A DNA stretch of 64,000 nt, taken from contig OX597828.1 in NCBI GenBank assembly GCA_951406725.2, positions 71,796,001 through 71,860,000 of the forward strand, given 5' to 3'. The notes beneath the pieces are model-generated. The model was not told the DNA's origin and did not search any database. It worked only from the letters and a program-made list of their open reading frames with translations. Each line of letters starts with the position of its first letter. Within the stretch, counting starts at the first letter, position 1. Source of the DNA: Octopus vulgaris. Lineage: Eukaryota. The translations under genes and the position numbers were made by a program. This document shows positions 29,302 through 43,997 of the stretch, in pieces.

Positions 29302-29444
29302 GCATTACTCTGTATCACACACAAACACACTAACACGCATGCACACACACACACACACACACATTTCTTTCAACAGGTCTTAAACGGACATATTTTCTAA
29401 TTTATTTACGTAACACTGGTATCGTCCCCCATGTACTATTCCTA

Positions 29445-29481
<37 letters not shown>

Positions 29482-29504
29482 CATATACATATATATATAT
29501 ACAT

Positions 29505-29542
<38 letters not shown>

Positions 29543-29589
29543 TCATACATTCATATGTACACACGTACATATATATACACACACACACA

Positions 29590-29646
<57 letters not shown>

Positions 29647-29984
29647 GCACGTGTGTATATGTGTGTCTAGCTCCTCCTATCTCCGTCTCTCTCTCTCTCT
29701 CTCTCTCACTCTCTGTTTTACAAGCATCTATTTTAACTAAGTATGCAAGTATGCGTCCCTGCGTCTATATGTATACGTAGGTACCTAGACATGTATGTGT
29801 GTGTAAATATATATATATATATATATACAATCATATATATATATACATATATATATATGTGTGTATTCTACTTAAGGTTGTGTGAATATACATACAAACA
29901 TACACACACACACACACCGACACATGCACACAGATAGGAAGACAGACAAATAGATAACGAAATAGTTCTGCATAGGATAGAGGC

Positions 29985-30009
<25 letters not shown>

Positions 30010-30016
<7 letters not shown>

Positions 30017-30129
30017 ATCACGTGACCGACCAGACCATCATATGTTGTTACACATCGCTGGTCACAATGCGTTCGCATTGTTTTTTAGCCTTTGAATGAC
30101 GCCACCCCGCAGGCTAAGCGAGCAGGCCA
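30010..30129. mobile_element. Short interspersed repeat at (TA)n, copy 2
   Basis: See 28880-28989. Confidence 0.75.
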
Positions 30130-30240
30130 CATATATATGTATATACATACATACATACATACATACATACATACATACATACATACATACATACATGCAT
30201 ACATACATACATACATACATACATACATACATACATGCAT

Positions 30241-30464
30241 GACCCCTATGTCCGGCATTCGCCATGATGTATCGCTAGCCACTAAAACTTTTTCTATTTT
30301 CTCTCCTTGTTTATTTCTCTTTCTGTTGAAGAGCGTAGGCTCGAAATGTAAAAGACTTTCTCACCTTCCCGAGCGTTAAACTAATACATCAGTTTGTTGT
30401 TTACACACCCGTCTTTGTCTTTCGTGTTTTTTTGTTTGTTTTTTTTTCTTTTGTAAATTCTCAC

Positions 30465-30466
<2 letters not shown>
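30241..30466 (+). mobile_element. Penelope-like pLTR fragment with minimal hammerhead-like motif (30318-30355)
   Basis: tcttt CTGTTGA a gagc-gtag-gctc GAAA tg TA aaaga; related copies at 28797-28826 (-) and 10588-10623 (+); ends in (TA)n. Confidence 0.55.
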
Positions 30467-30495
<29 letters not shown>

Positions 30496-30534
30496 ATGTA
30501 TATATATATATAATATATACAACTTATAAACAAG

Positions 30535-30945
30535 GGCGCAGGTGTGGCTGTGTGGTAAGTAGCTTGCTTACTAACCACATGGTACCGGGTTCAGTCCCAC
30601 TGCGTGGCATCTTAGGCAAGTGTCTTCTGCTATAGCCCCGGGCCGACCAATGCCTTGTGAGTGGATTTGGTAGACGGAAACTGGAAGAAGCCTGTCATAT
30701 ATATGTATATATATGTATATATGTGCGTCTGTGTTTGTGTGTCTGTGTTTGTCCCCCTAGCATTGCTTGACAACCGATGCTGGTGTGTTTACGTCCCCGT
30801 CACTTAGCGGTTCGGCAAAAGAGACCGATAGAATAAGTACTGGGCTTACAAAGAATAAGTCCCGCGGTCGATTTGATCGACTAAAGACGGTGCTCCAGCA
30901 TGGCCGCAGTCATGTGACTGAAACAAGTAAGAGAGTAAAAGAGTA
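30535..30945 (+). mobile_element. SINE family A, full length
   Basis: Colinear with 6916-7337, including the tail. Confidence 0.92.
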
Positions 30946-31077
30946 AGGGCAAAAGAAAAATTCTAATGCCTAATATGCCCAAAATAGACAAATCGTCAAT
31001 AACCATATAATTCATCACTATAAGCACGTGTCTCGAAGTAAGCCGACAGAAATTTCTTTAAAAATCCGTTATTGTCA

Positions 31078-31131
31078 TATCGGCCCCGATTTCAGAGTTA
31101 ATTCATAAGAATTTTCTCCTCGTCAGTGATA
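31078..31131 (-). ncRNA. Degenerate hammerhead motif
   Basis: Minus strand: tatca CTGACGA ggag-[aattc/gaatt hairpin]-ctct GAAA tcggg GC cgata; U16.1 lost. Confidence 0.45.
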
Positions 31132-31203
31132 AATACTGTAAGAAATAAGTGAAATACTTACTTATACCCGAGGTGTGCTGGGGAAATTCTATTTTGGATA
31201 TAT

Positions 31204-31260
<57 letters not shown>

Positions 31261-31310
31261 TGTATATATACACACATACATGCATACATATATGTATGTG
31301 TGTAGATATC

Positions 31311-31370
<60 letters not shown>

Positions 31371-31513
31371 CACACACACATACTCATACTCATACATATA
31401 TATAGTGAAGGAGAAAGGGAGACATAAGGAGAGGGTTGTATATGTTCCCCGTCTCTCTCTTTCATACAAACACAAACACACGCGCGCACTTTTAACGTAC
31501 TAATGACATGTGC

Positions 31514-31546
<33 letters not shown>

Positions 31547-31805
31547 TGTATGTATGTATGTATGTATGTATGTATGTATACACACATATACACACACACA
31601 CATATATATATATATCTATATATATATACGTTTCTTTCATGAAGGAAACTAATGGTGTAAATATGTAACTTCCTTTGTGTGTGTGTAGATATTATATACG
31701 AATGTGTATGCACACGCGTCTACTTGTCAGTGTGTGTATGTGTCATAGTTACATACGCATATATATTTAGCTGTGTATGTATTTGTCGATCTCTTTCTCT
31801 CCCTC

Positions 31806-31844
<39 letters not shown>

Positions 31845-31884
31845 GTTCTTATATAGTCCAATTTAGCTACATAATTGTGTATAA

Positions 31885-31939
<55 letters not shown>

Positions 31940-32024
31940 AAGGTGTGGGCGCAGCTGACATGAAAGTACTGATCCATTTAGATATCTGTATATCTGTATT
32001 AATCTTTATTACGCTTTCCCGCTA

Positions 32025-32087
<63 letters not shown>

Positions 32088-32351
32088 ACACACACACACA
32101 CAAAAAAAAAAACACTTATATATTTATAAATTCTTGTCTCTTTTATTGTTGCAAGCACACCACATTACACGCATAGATACATATACGCACATATGCATAC
32201 ACACACAACTATTTACCAAGTGTGTATAACTAGACGCACGTTTCTCTTTCTCTCTCACACACTCTCTCTCTCCCTCCATCTCTCCCCTCCCCCACTCTCT
32301 CTGTGCATGCTGACGTGTGTGTGACTGGCATACATATATACGTACACACAA

Positions 32352-32385
<34 letters not shown>

Positions 32386-32639
32386 GTATATACACACGTG
32401 TACACATGCTTTCCTACAATACAATACTTACACATGCTTTCCTACAATACAATACTTACACACACACACACACACACACACACACGCGCGTGCACACATA
32501 AAAATACATACATACATTCGTACATATAAACACACTACTACATACACACCCATGTAACTGTGTAAATATGTCGGTGTTGCTAAAAGAGTGGCACGAAAAT
32601 CCGTTTCACTGAAGTCATCAAAATTCTATAAATTTTTGA

Positions 32640-33030
32640 CTAATCCTTCCCATTCTTATTACATGGGAATAATCTCTACCCTCGTTATTACAAGCGAATA
32701 ATCATTATCTCTGTTATTACTTCTGCTTATGCACAATCCCGCCGTCTGTTATTACACGTGAAACAATCCTTTACCTCTGTTATTACTTGTGAATAATCTC
32801 ACCCTCCGTTACTACAGGCTAATAATATTTACCTCTACAATCACTTGTGAAAAATCTTTTCCTCCTTTATCACTCGTAAAAGAAATAATCTCTCTCCCTC
32901 TGTTATTACATTTGAATAATCTTTCCTTCTGTTACTATATGTGAATAGTCACTTTCTCCATTATTGCATGTAAATAATCTTTCCCTCCGTTATTACATGT
33001 CAATAATCCTTCCCGTTATTATTACACGTC
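32640..33030. repeat. Degenerate ~31-bp minisatellite (gaataatctctccctctgttattacatgt-like)
   Basis: About a dozen diverged tandem units. Confidence 0.85.
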
Positions 33031-33269
33031 AGAGGTCACGGAAGGACTGTTATGATACGGCAGCTCTGGTCTCAGGTGAATGGTAATAAACCTTATTTCA
33101 CCACACTACTCATCTCTCCTCCACACTCACTCCGCGATGTCATTCCACGCTTCTCTAAACTAAACTACACATCATTATTCTGCAATACTCTGCATGCCAC
33201 GACTCACCTTACACTATGTTACGCTACTCTCCACCAAACTGCGTTGCAATTCTCTATAGCTATTTATCG

Positions 33270-33488
33270 TTTATCTGTTACTTGTTTCGGTGATGAAACT
33301 GCGGCCGTGCTGGGGCACCGCCTTTAGGAATTCCAATCGAACGAGTCAACTCTAGTACTTATTTTCTTTTTCATGCCAGGTACTTATACTACTAGTCTCT
33401 TCTGTCGAACCGCTAAGTTACGGGGACGTAAATATATCAACACCCTTTGTCAAGCGATAGTGGTGAACACACACACACACAAACACAC

Positions 33489-33573
<85 letters not shown>

Positions 33574-33704
33574 CGATGGGCCTCTTTCAGTTTCCGTCTA
33601 TCAAATCCATTCACAATACTTTGTTCGGCTCGAGGCTATAGTAAAAGGCGCTTGCTCAAGGTGCCACGCAGTGGGACTGAACCCGGAACTATGTGGTTGG
33701 GAAG
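33270..33704 (-). mobile_element. SINE family A
   Basis: Reverse-complement match; head truncated. Confidence 0.88.
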
Positions 33705-34255
33705 AATTACTTCGTTGCTCTGCACAGAATCGACCTGGGGTCAAACAACTTCAGTCACAGTACTTCTTCGTTGTTTCTACAGCTTTTGTGTTACATAAAA
33801 ACAGCGCTAAAATATATCAAGCTGTCACGCTTCAGTAACTTCGCCGTCTTTACTACAACAACAACAACAAGAAGAGCACGAATAACTACAGCAACAACAA
33901 CTACAACATCAGCAGCAGCAGTAACAACAACAACAACAACAACAGCAGCAATAACAACGACGTCAACAACAATAGCAGCGGCTGCGGTGGCAGCATTATT
34001 ACCAATAATTCCGAAGATGTATTCTAAGATGCTGCCAACATCAATCTATCGAACTCCATTTTCAGTGACAGCGCGCCAAAGTCTAACAGACAACTCTAAT
34101 GGAGAGAGTTCCGGGCGAACCCACATCTCCTGGCATCTCTCGACTCAGCTACTTACTTTATTTATGTCAATAAAAACTTGTCTCTCAGTCGAAGCAGCTT
34201 GAGTGTTTTTTCAAAGTTGATGTGAGCACAATTTGCTGATTTTCCTTATAAATGT

Positions 34256-34400
34256 TGGTGCAGGTATTGCCGTGGTGTTGAGAAGTTCACTTCGCAACTA
34301 CGGAATTCTGAGTTCGATCACAAGGCGCGGTATTTTGGGTAAGTGTTCAAAAAACTGTAAGTGAAATCAAATGGACAGAAATGTATGGAAGCCCGTCGGG
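34256..34400 (+). mobile_element. SINE family A-related, old head
   Basis: ggtgcagg...gagttcgatc...ttgggtaagtgt. Confidence 0.55.
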
Positions 34401-34527
34401 GGCACCGCTCCTGTATGATTAATATCATCAAATAGCTAAGATACTCCCATTTTTCTAATCTTCAATGATGACTGCAGAATATATTTGTACCGCAGTGTCA
34501 CTTTGATGGCACGCGCTGCTCTCTCTC

Positions 34528-34606
<79 letters not shown>

Positions 34607-34609
<3 letters not shown>

Positions 34610-35163
34610 GCCCCGATGCAGTACCAAACAGTGGCTCTCATGGCTCCTGATCTTAACTGATTGGAAGTGTTATCATGTACATTATTTTGTCTTGGTATAA
34701 AAGATGGGCTACAGCAAATATTCTGCTCAATACCACAGATTTGCTTGTCAGTTGTTTGACCTTAACCAATTGAGCATGTCCCTTAGTAGCTGACGATATG
34801 TACATCTTTGATCACGAGCAGAAGTAGTGGGGGAGCATCGTAGCCATGTGTTGAAAGGAATTCTTGGAGGTTTGGATAATACCCCTTTGGAAACATGTGG
34901 TGGTCTGTTTAACATCCTTAAACAACCCTTATTCAGGGACCGTTTGAGCGGGACGGCTACTCAACCTGAAGAAAATTCTAACTGGGCTTTACCTGCAAGG
35001 TCATGCGCTGTTTATCTTGATATGAGATCACTATGTCGCGCACATATGGTTGTGATGCATGTGCCTGGTGTACCCTTGTCAGACGGGTAGTCATGATGGG
35101 TATACTGGGCTTCGTATATTTTATCCCTGTGTCACTTTGATGGCATGCACTGCTCTCTCACTC
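34607..35163 (+). mobile_element. Non-coding element inserted in (TAA)n
   Basis: Bounded by (TAA)n on both sides; its 3' end gtgtcactttgatggcatgcactgctctctc recurs at ~34495-34528 ahead of another (TAA)n. Confidence 0.65.
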
Positions 35164-35519
35164 AATAATAATAATAATAATAATAATAATAGGTAGTGCT
35201 CATCGCCAATTTAATGTAGGTGTTTTCTAAGAGATGACAATACTGCTATTTTAAACTCAGGAAGACATCTCCAGCTGGTTATTCAGTGCCCTTTCGCATT
35301 TGATATTCATTGCAAGCGGGAGAGAACTCCTGCTCCCCTAGCTCCGAGACTACCAGATCACGTGATTTCGATCTTATTGGGTCACTTCAGTCGTGGGCCT
35401 TCGTTTGCCAGGCATGGCATTAATATTAATAATAATGATATGTTTTTGTTTTGATGATAAGATTGCAAAAATCGACCTTGTTTGTACAGAAATTTTGAAC
35501 CGGGATTTGCACCCCACCC

Positions 35520-35790
35520 CTCATGCAAATTTTGTTCCAGCGCTTATGTAGTCTTTCTCATAAGCAATGCATTTGGGCCATCGTTGAACCCATCTCTCGA
35601 ATCCTCTTTGAAAATGTTCTGGTGTGCCCCGCTGTATTCACTTTTTCACAGCCACGTCCACCTTTTTCTAGCAGGTCCAACAACCGCTTAGATTTTTCTT
35701 CTTTGGTCCGAGCCAGAATGTAAAGAGTTGGAACAGATGCCACAAAGTATTCTTCCCGGCGTTGTAACGATCCAGACAACCACCGCCTAC
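35520..35790 (-). mobile_element. Mariner transposase C-terminal remnant
   Basis: Minus strand PEHFQRGFERWVQRWPKCIAYEKDY matches the mariner C-terminal motif F..W..RW.KCI...GDY. Confidence 0.6.
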
Positions 35791-35804
35791 GTCCACCTCC
35801 ATCA

Positions 35805-36176
35805 CTCTCTTTTACTTGTTTCAGTCATTTGACTGCGGCCATGCTGGAGCACCGCCTTTAGTCGAGCAAATCGACCCCGGGACTTATTCTTTGTAAGCCT
35901 AGTACTTATTCTATCGGTCTCTTTTGCCGAACCGCTAAGTTACGGGGACGAAAACACACCGGCATCGGTTGTCAAGCGATGCTGGGTGGACAAACACAGA
36001 CACACAAACATATACACACACATACATATATATACACATATATACGACTGGCTTCTTTCAGTTTCCGTCTATCAAATCCACTCACAAGGCTTTGGTCGAC
36101 CAGAGGGTATAGTGGAAGTCATTTGCCCAAGGTGCTACGCAGTGGGACTGAACCCGGAACCATGTAGCTGGTAAAC
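35805..36176 (-). mobile_element. SINE family A
   Basis: Reverse-complement match; extreme head missing. Confidence 0.9.
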
Positions 36177-36329
36177 AGCATTAACTGTCACAAATAGTCA
36201 GGAAACCTGGTCGCATTCACAGACCCCTTTTTATATGCAGCTGAAATCTTCAAGCCTTTTCTGGTGCCCTAGTGAAGCAAATGAGACGAGATTATTCAAG
36301 TCGGTGATCGAAACCATGTCACTGTTAAC

Positions 36330-36675
36330 AGCTCTTCTCTACGATGTCCTCATCGCTACACGGCGCTCCTGTTGCTACGCACCCACGCTCGTTGCCATCT
36401 CTGCACGCCGTATGCGTAGCCTAACGTCGCTTCCGCTGCAACTCGCGGCTCCCGTCGTTACACGTCGCTGCTGTGACGTGATACGTCGCCTTCATCACCG
36501 CACGTCGTCCTCGTCGCTACACACCGCTCCCGTCACTACACCACGCTGCTCTGGTAGTTATTACGCTATACACTCGTCTATACGCAGCTCCCGTGGCAAC
36601 ACGCTACAAACGGTGGCTATAAACCGCTTCCATCGCTACACGTCGCTGCTTGCTATTCGCAGCCTGACGTCACTA
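36330..36675. repeat. CpG-rich degenerate tandem repeat (cgtcgctacac-like units)
   Basis: Recurring tcgctacac and acgtcgct motifs. Confidence 0.65.
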
Positions 36676-36854
36676 GCGTTGACCTTGCCTTACTTCAAGG
36701 TCACCATGTACTTCCAGAGCGGCCGAGAAATGTGGTCGGATGATAATTTATCGGATTAAGTGAGCCGTGTCAGCCATTAAATAAGGATCAAGCATTGCTG
36801 TTTCCTCATTAATTATTTCCTCATCAATCAGCCAGGCCATTCTTCGTCAAATAC

Positions 36855-38250
<1,396 letters not shown>

Positions 38251-38447
38251 ACACATGAATTATGTATGTGTCCCTCTTACGCGTGCGTGTATATATATAT
38301 ATAGATATACACTTACACACATGCGCACATGCACACATGCGCACATATGTATGTATTTATGCGTAATTTCCGGTAACTATGTTGAATCCTATTGTTCGTC
38401 TTTGTTTACTGTTATTGTTTCCATTATCGCATCGTTGCTGTGTGACG

Positions 38448-38499
<52 letters not shown>

Positions 38500-38862
38500 A
38501 GACTGTATATACGTGCGCGTGATGTCGTGTATCTGTCTGTGTGTATGTATGCTTGTTTGTATGCGTGTGTGAGCGCATAGGCATGCATCTCTATCTCCAG
38601 TCGCATACACCCGGCTATACGTGTATGCGTGTGTGTTTGTGTGTGTGTGAGAGAATGGGAGAGAGAGAGGGAGTGAGTCTCTGTGTGTAAGTACGTGTAT
38701 GAGTTTTTGTTTTGTTTTGTATATATGTGAATATGTGTATATGTCAGTATCTCCACATGTATGTATATGGTTTGTGTCTGCCTATGCGAGTAAATATATG
38801 TTAGTGTCTGAAAACTGTCTCTACATATATGTGTGTATGTGTGTGTTTGTGTGTGTGTGTTT

Positions 38863-38942
<80 letters not shown>

Positions 38943-39059
38943 CTACGTAAGTATGATTAATACTAATATTATGTCATCAGCATCTCATTGTAATTGTCTG
39001 CCGTCATCATCGGACATCAATTTAACAGAAACCCATTAATCTGTTCCCTCAGCGCAATG

Positions 39060-40300
39060 TCGTCTCTCATCTACACTTGCTGCATCCATTACACTTATCT
39101 GCTGCTACACTTTCTCTACACAAAACGCTTCCTTCATTCACTACATTCTACACTGTTCCTCTACACTTACTTCCCACACTACACTTTGCTATGTGCTACA
39201 CTTCCTTTCTACAATACACTTAGTTTTTACGCTACATTTTGGTTGTGCTACACTTTCTTTACACAATACACTTACTGCATTTACTACACTTTACTATTTA
39301 CTGCTACACTTACCTCATACACTGTAATTGCTCCATACACTACTCTTTGCTATGTGCTACACTTCCTTTATCTTATACACTTACTTCATACCCTACACTT
39401 ATTTCAAACAATACACTTCTGTCATACTACAACGCCTTCATACAACACACTTCATCCTCTACACTTTACTTATGCTACACTTCCTTTAACTTATTAGGCG
39501 TTACACTTCCTTCATACAACACACTTCTTTCAACGTCATACACTTCCTTCACACTGCACTTTGCCAGCTGTTACTCTTTCCTTCACAGGATACACTTTAT
39601 CATGTGTTATACTTTCTTTTTGCTATCACATCCTTGATACACTTACACACTGTCATAATTTCTGAAGTAACGTTACTCGATAAGGTACGACTCTCGGAGA
39701 TTAGGGGCAGTCTCCAGGTCAAGCCGCTAGCACTCCACATCGAGAGGTCACAATTCCAGTATTATGTACACGTGATTAGAATGTCTCAGAAAAGATCTCG
39801 CAAGAGAGATTCTTCAAGCTGGGCAAACCGGCCGAAGACCAAGGAGGGGAGGTCAAATGTGGGATGGCTGGATAACATCCACGGTTTCAGTTGGACACGT
39901 TCCGGAATCCAGTCGGTAAGAGTAATGAGGGTTGCTTCTGATAGAACTATACCTCCTCCACCCTCCCTGGAACAACGAGCGGGGGGAAAATAGATGGTTA
40001 GATGCACTTTACTTCCTCCATATACTACACCGTCGCATGCACTACACTGTCTCTTGCACTTAAGTGTATTTCACACTACACTGTCACTTAAGACATACCA
40101 CGTTTTTACGCAATACACTTTCACGCACCCCATCGACTCGTACACGTCTCTTATACTACATCGATTCATGCATTACACTCGTATTTTATACTCCACTCTC
40201 TCATGTATTGCAATGTTCCCCGCACTAATCCGCCATCATACACTACACATCCTTCCTGTTATGCATCCTCTTTTATACACTTCACTGCTTCCCACAGCGC
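39060..40300. repeat. Degenerate (CTACACT)-rich low-complexity array interrupted by an RTE fragment
   Basis: Recurring tacact units; similar at 33090-33260 and 42270-42430. Confidence 0.7.
39652..39950 (+). mobile_element. RTE-clade LINE 3' fragment
   Basis: VTLLDKVRLSEIRGSLQVKPLALHIERSQFQYYVHVIRM...WLDNIHGFSWTRSGI...VASDR resembles the RTE (Rex3/Expander-type) C-terminus. Confidence 0.8.
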
Positions 40301-40558
40301 AAAAACCACCTCTGTCTCTCACTGCAACGCCATGCCTGCCCATGTGTATGCAGGGTTATGCAATGTTTTTTCTGTCTTGTGTTTTAAGAAGACTAGCGGT
40401 TGTTCGTCCATGAAAGTCTTCCTTTCTCCCTTCCACCGATGTTTCTCCAAGGAGAGGGCCACTGACTTGTGCCAGTAGAGCTTGGCGGCACCAGTGGCAT
40501 CGCAGACGTTGCCGTTAGAACACATACATTACGGCCCCTTACACAACACTGTCTATGT

Positions 40559-40690
40559 CAGCGGTTCTCACCCGGGGTCCACATGACATTTGGGGTCCAC
40601 ATGACCCTTGAAGGTCCATATAAGATTTTGTCGTTAAAATTTACGAGGAATGCATTGGTTATACTTCAACAATATACAAAATACATTTTC
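40559..40690 (+). mobile_element. hAT (Charlie-like) terminal fragment
   Basis: cagcggttctcacccggggtcc terminus with repeated ggggtcca subterminal motifs. Confidence 0.45.
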
Positions 40691-40702
40691 TTATCCAATT
40701 CC

Positions 40703-41156
40703 TCTCTTTACTCTTTTACTCTTTTATTCGTTTCTGTCATTTGACTGCGGCCATGCTGGAGCACCGCCTTTAGTCGAGCAAATCGACCCCAGGACTCATT
40801 CTTTTGGAAGCCTAGTACTTATTCTATCGGTCTCTTTTTGCAGAACCGCTAAGTTACGGGGACGTAACACACCTGAATCGGTTGTCAAGCGATGTTGGGG
40901 ATGGGGGACAAACACAGACACACAAACATATACACACACATACACACACACACACATACCCCCCCCATATATATATATATATATATATATATACGTCAGG
41001 CTTCTTTCAGTTTCTGTCTACCAAATCCACTCACAAGATTTTGCTCGGCCCGAGGCTATAGTAGAAGACACTTGCCCAAAGTGCCACGCAGTGGGAATGA
41101 ACCCGGAACCATGCGGTTGGCAAGCAAGCTACATACCACACACCCACTCCTGCGCC
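40703..41156 (-). mobile_element. SINE family A, full length
   Basis: Reverse-complement match from tail to head. Confidence 0.92.
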
Positions 41157-41186
41157 TATAACACACAAAAAAAAAAACACAATTAA

Positions 41187-41620
41187 GGCGGCGACCTGGT
41201 AAAATCGTTAGCGCGTCGGACAAAATGTTTAGTGGCATTTCTTCCGACTTTACGTTCTGAGTTCAAATTCCACCCGGGTCGACTTTGCCTTTCATCTTTT
41301 TGGGGACGATAAATTAATTACCAGTGATGCACTGGGGCCGGTATAATCAGTTTAACCCCTTCCCCGAAATCGCTGGTCTTATGCCAAAATTTTAAGCCAA
41401 TATTATAATTATGATTATTGTGTGTAAGGCAGCGAGCTGGCAGAATCGTTAGAGCACCGGACAAAATGCTTAGCTGCATTTCGTCCGTCTTTACATTCTG
41501 AGTTCAAATTTTGCCTTTTAATATTTCGGGATCGATACCTGTTGAGCATTAGGTTCATATAATCGACTAATCCCTTTCACTGAAATTGCTGGCCTTGTGC
41601 CAGAATGTGAAACCAATATT
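41187..41620 (+). mobile_element. Two tandem SINE family B copies
   Basis: Heads at 41187 and ~41428. Confidence 0.85.
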
Positions 41621-41734
41621 CAATTACAAAAACAGAATAAGGGTTTCTTAAACATCGAGGGATTGAGGGTCCAGTGAAATAATATAGGAACCAAAGGGAG
41701 TCCATAGGCAAAAAAAGTTGCTGAGTACAACTGG

Positions 41735-41787
<53 letters not shown>

Positions 41788-41809
41788 ATACTCTGATACT
41801 CTGCGTATC

Positions 41810-42230
41810 AGGACAATTACCCCCACCCCCAGGATATTAAATAGAGACAGCGTGGTGGGACAAAAGTGTATGTATATAGATACAGGGTAGGGCGGGGGTA
41901 ACTGCATCGTATGGAGTCTAGGACATTTACCCCCCATGGACAATAACCCCACTTAAGATAATTACCCCCCATAGGACAATTCCCCCCGACGACAACTACC
42001 CCCTAGGACAATAACCCTCCCTGGTTAATTATCCCCTCTCCAATATATTAAGAAGTTTTAAATCACCATCTGTTGTCCTCCGGGGTAATTGTCTTGGCGG
42101 GGTGTGGGGGCTGGAGGGTTATTGACCATGGGGGTAAATGTCGTAGACTCCAGACGCTGCAGTTACCCTCTTCGTACCCTGTGTCTATAGACATACACTA
42201 TTGTCCCACCCCACTGTCTCTCTTTAATAC
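41810..42230. mobile_element. Foldback-type DNA element with long imperfect inverted repeats
   Basis: ~41835-41950 is the reverse complement of ~42115-42230; internal ggacaat(t/a)acccc subrepeats. Confidence 0.7.
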
Positions 42231-42494
42231 AACGTTCTCTTCAGAACAGTCTTCGTGCCTTATGGACGACTGCTTTTCACACACTACACCATAAGCACTA
42301 CACTACATCTACACTGCTTTACTCTGTCCCACACACTACTGTATTCCATCTTTTGCATCGTTCTGTACACCACACCGACCATACACTACACAGTTCCATG
42401 CATTACATGTCTAAATACACTGTCACATTCACGGCCCGGGACCGAAACTACCAGGTTTCATGGTCTAATGGAGGTGGGCTTAGAGGCAGTGGTC

Positions 42495-42519
42495 GTTATA
42501 GCAATGGTGGTGGTGGTGT

Positions 42520-42551
<32 letters not shown>

Positions 42552-43138
42552 ATAGTAGTAGTAAGTGTGGTGGTAGTGGTGGTGGTGACGGTGGCGGTAC
42601 TGGAGTGATATGATGGTGAAAGCGGGCAGTGGTGGTGGTATTGGTGGTGGCGGTTGTGACAATAGTAATGGTGGTAGTAAAAGCAATGTCGATGGTGGTA
42701 GTAATGATAGTGGTGGTGGTGATGGTGGTGATGGTTGTGGCTGTTATTGAATTGCTTGAGATGGCGGTGGCATTGATGGGGGAAATTGATTGATTGATTG
42801 TTGTTGCTGTGGTGGTGGTAGTGGTGATAGTGGTGTTGGAGCTAGTGGTGTTGGTCATGGTGTTGGTGATAGTCATGGTGATAATGGTGATTGTTGTAGT
42901 AGTCGAGGTACTTGAAGTGTAGGTGGTAGTAGTGGTATTAGATGGGTTATTGTTGTTGGTAACGAGGTGGTGGTGGTGGAGCTGATGGTATCAATAATAA
43001 TAATAATAGTAGTAGTAGTAGTAGTAGTAGTAGCAGCAGTAGCGATAACTGAGAAATTACACCAGATTAACATTTGAAAAACGACAGCCAACGAAGTTTT
43101 AACAATGATGGAATAATAATAATAATAATAATAATAAC

Positions 43139-43179
<41 letters not shown>

Positions 43180-43197
43180 GAAGAATAATAATAATAA

Positions 43198-43228
<31 letters not shown>

Positions 43229-43966
43229 AAGAAGAAGAATGAGGAGGAGGAGGAGAGGAGAGAAGGAGGAGAAAGAGGAGAAGAAGGAGGAGAAAGAGGA
43301 GAAGAAGGAGGAAGAGGAGGGTAGAAGAAGGAGAGGTGGAAGAGTAAAAGTAGGAGGAAGAGGAGGAGGAGTAGAAGGAAGAAGACGAGGTAGAGGAGGA
43401 GAAGAAGGAAGAGGAAGCGGAGCAGAAGAGGAGGGGGTTGAAGAAGGAGGAAAACGAAGAGGAAGTGGTGGAGGAGGAGAAGTAAAAGAAGGAGGAAGAG
43501 GAGGAGGAGTAGAAGGGAGAAGAAGGGGTAGAGGAGAAGGAGAAGAAGAAGGAGGAAGCGGAGCGGAAGAATAGGGGTAGAAGAAGGAGGAAGACGAAGA
43601 GGAAGAGGTGGAGGAGAAGGAGAAGTAGAAGACGGAAGAAGAAGGGGAGAGTAGAAGGAAGAAGAGGTAGAGGAGAAGGAGAAGAAGAAGGAGGAAGAGG
43701 AGTGGAAGAGGAGGGGTAGAAGAAGGAGGAAGACGAAGAGCAAGAGGTGGAGGAGGAGAAGTAGAAGAAGGAGGAAGAGAAAGAGGGGGAGGAGAAGTAG
43801 AAGGAGGAAGAAGAGTTGAGAAGGAGAAATAGAAAGAGGAAGAGGAAAAAAGGAGCAGTAGAAGAAAAAAATAGGAGGAGGAAGAGGTGGAGGAGGAGAA
43901 GAAGAAGGAGGATGATAACAACAACAACAACAACAACAACAACAATAATAATAATAATAATAATAA

Positions 43967-43997
<31 letters not shown>

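Noticed and set aside
32640-33030. Regularly spaced ~31-bp units as a CRISPR-like array
   Set aside because: Degenerate head-to-tail minisatellite with no unique spacers; eukaryotic context and no cas genes.
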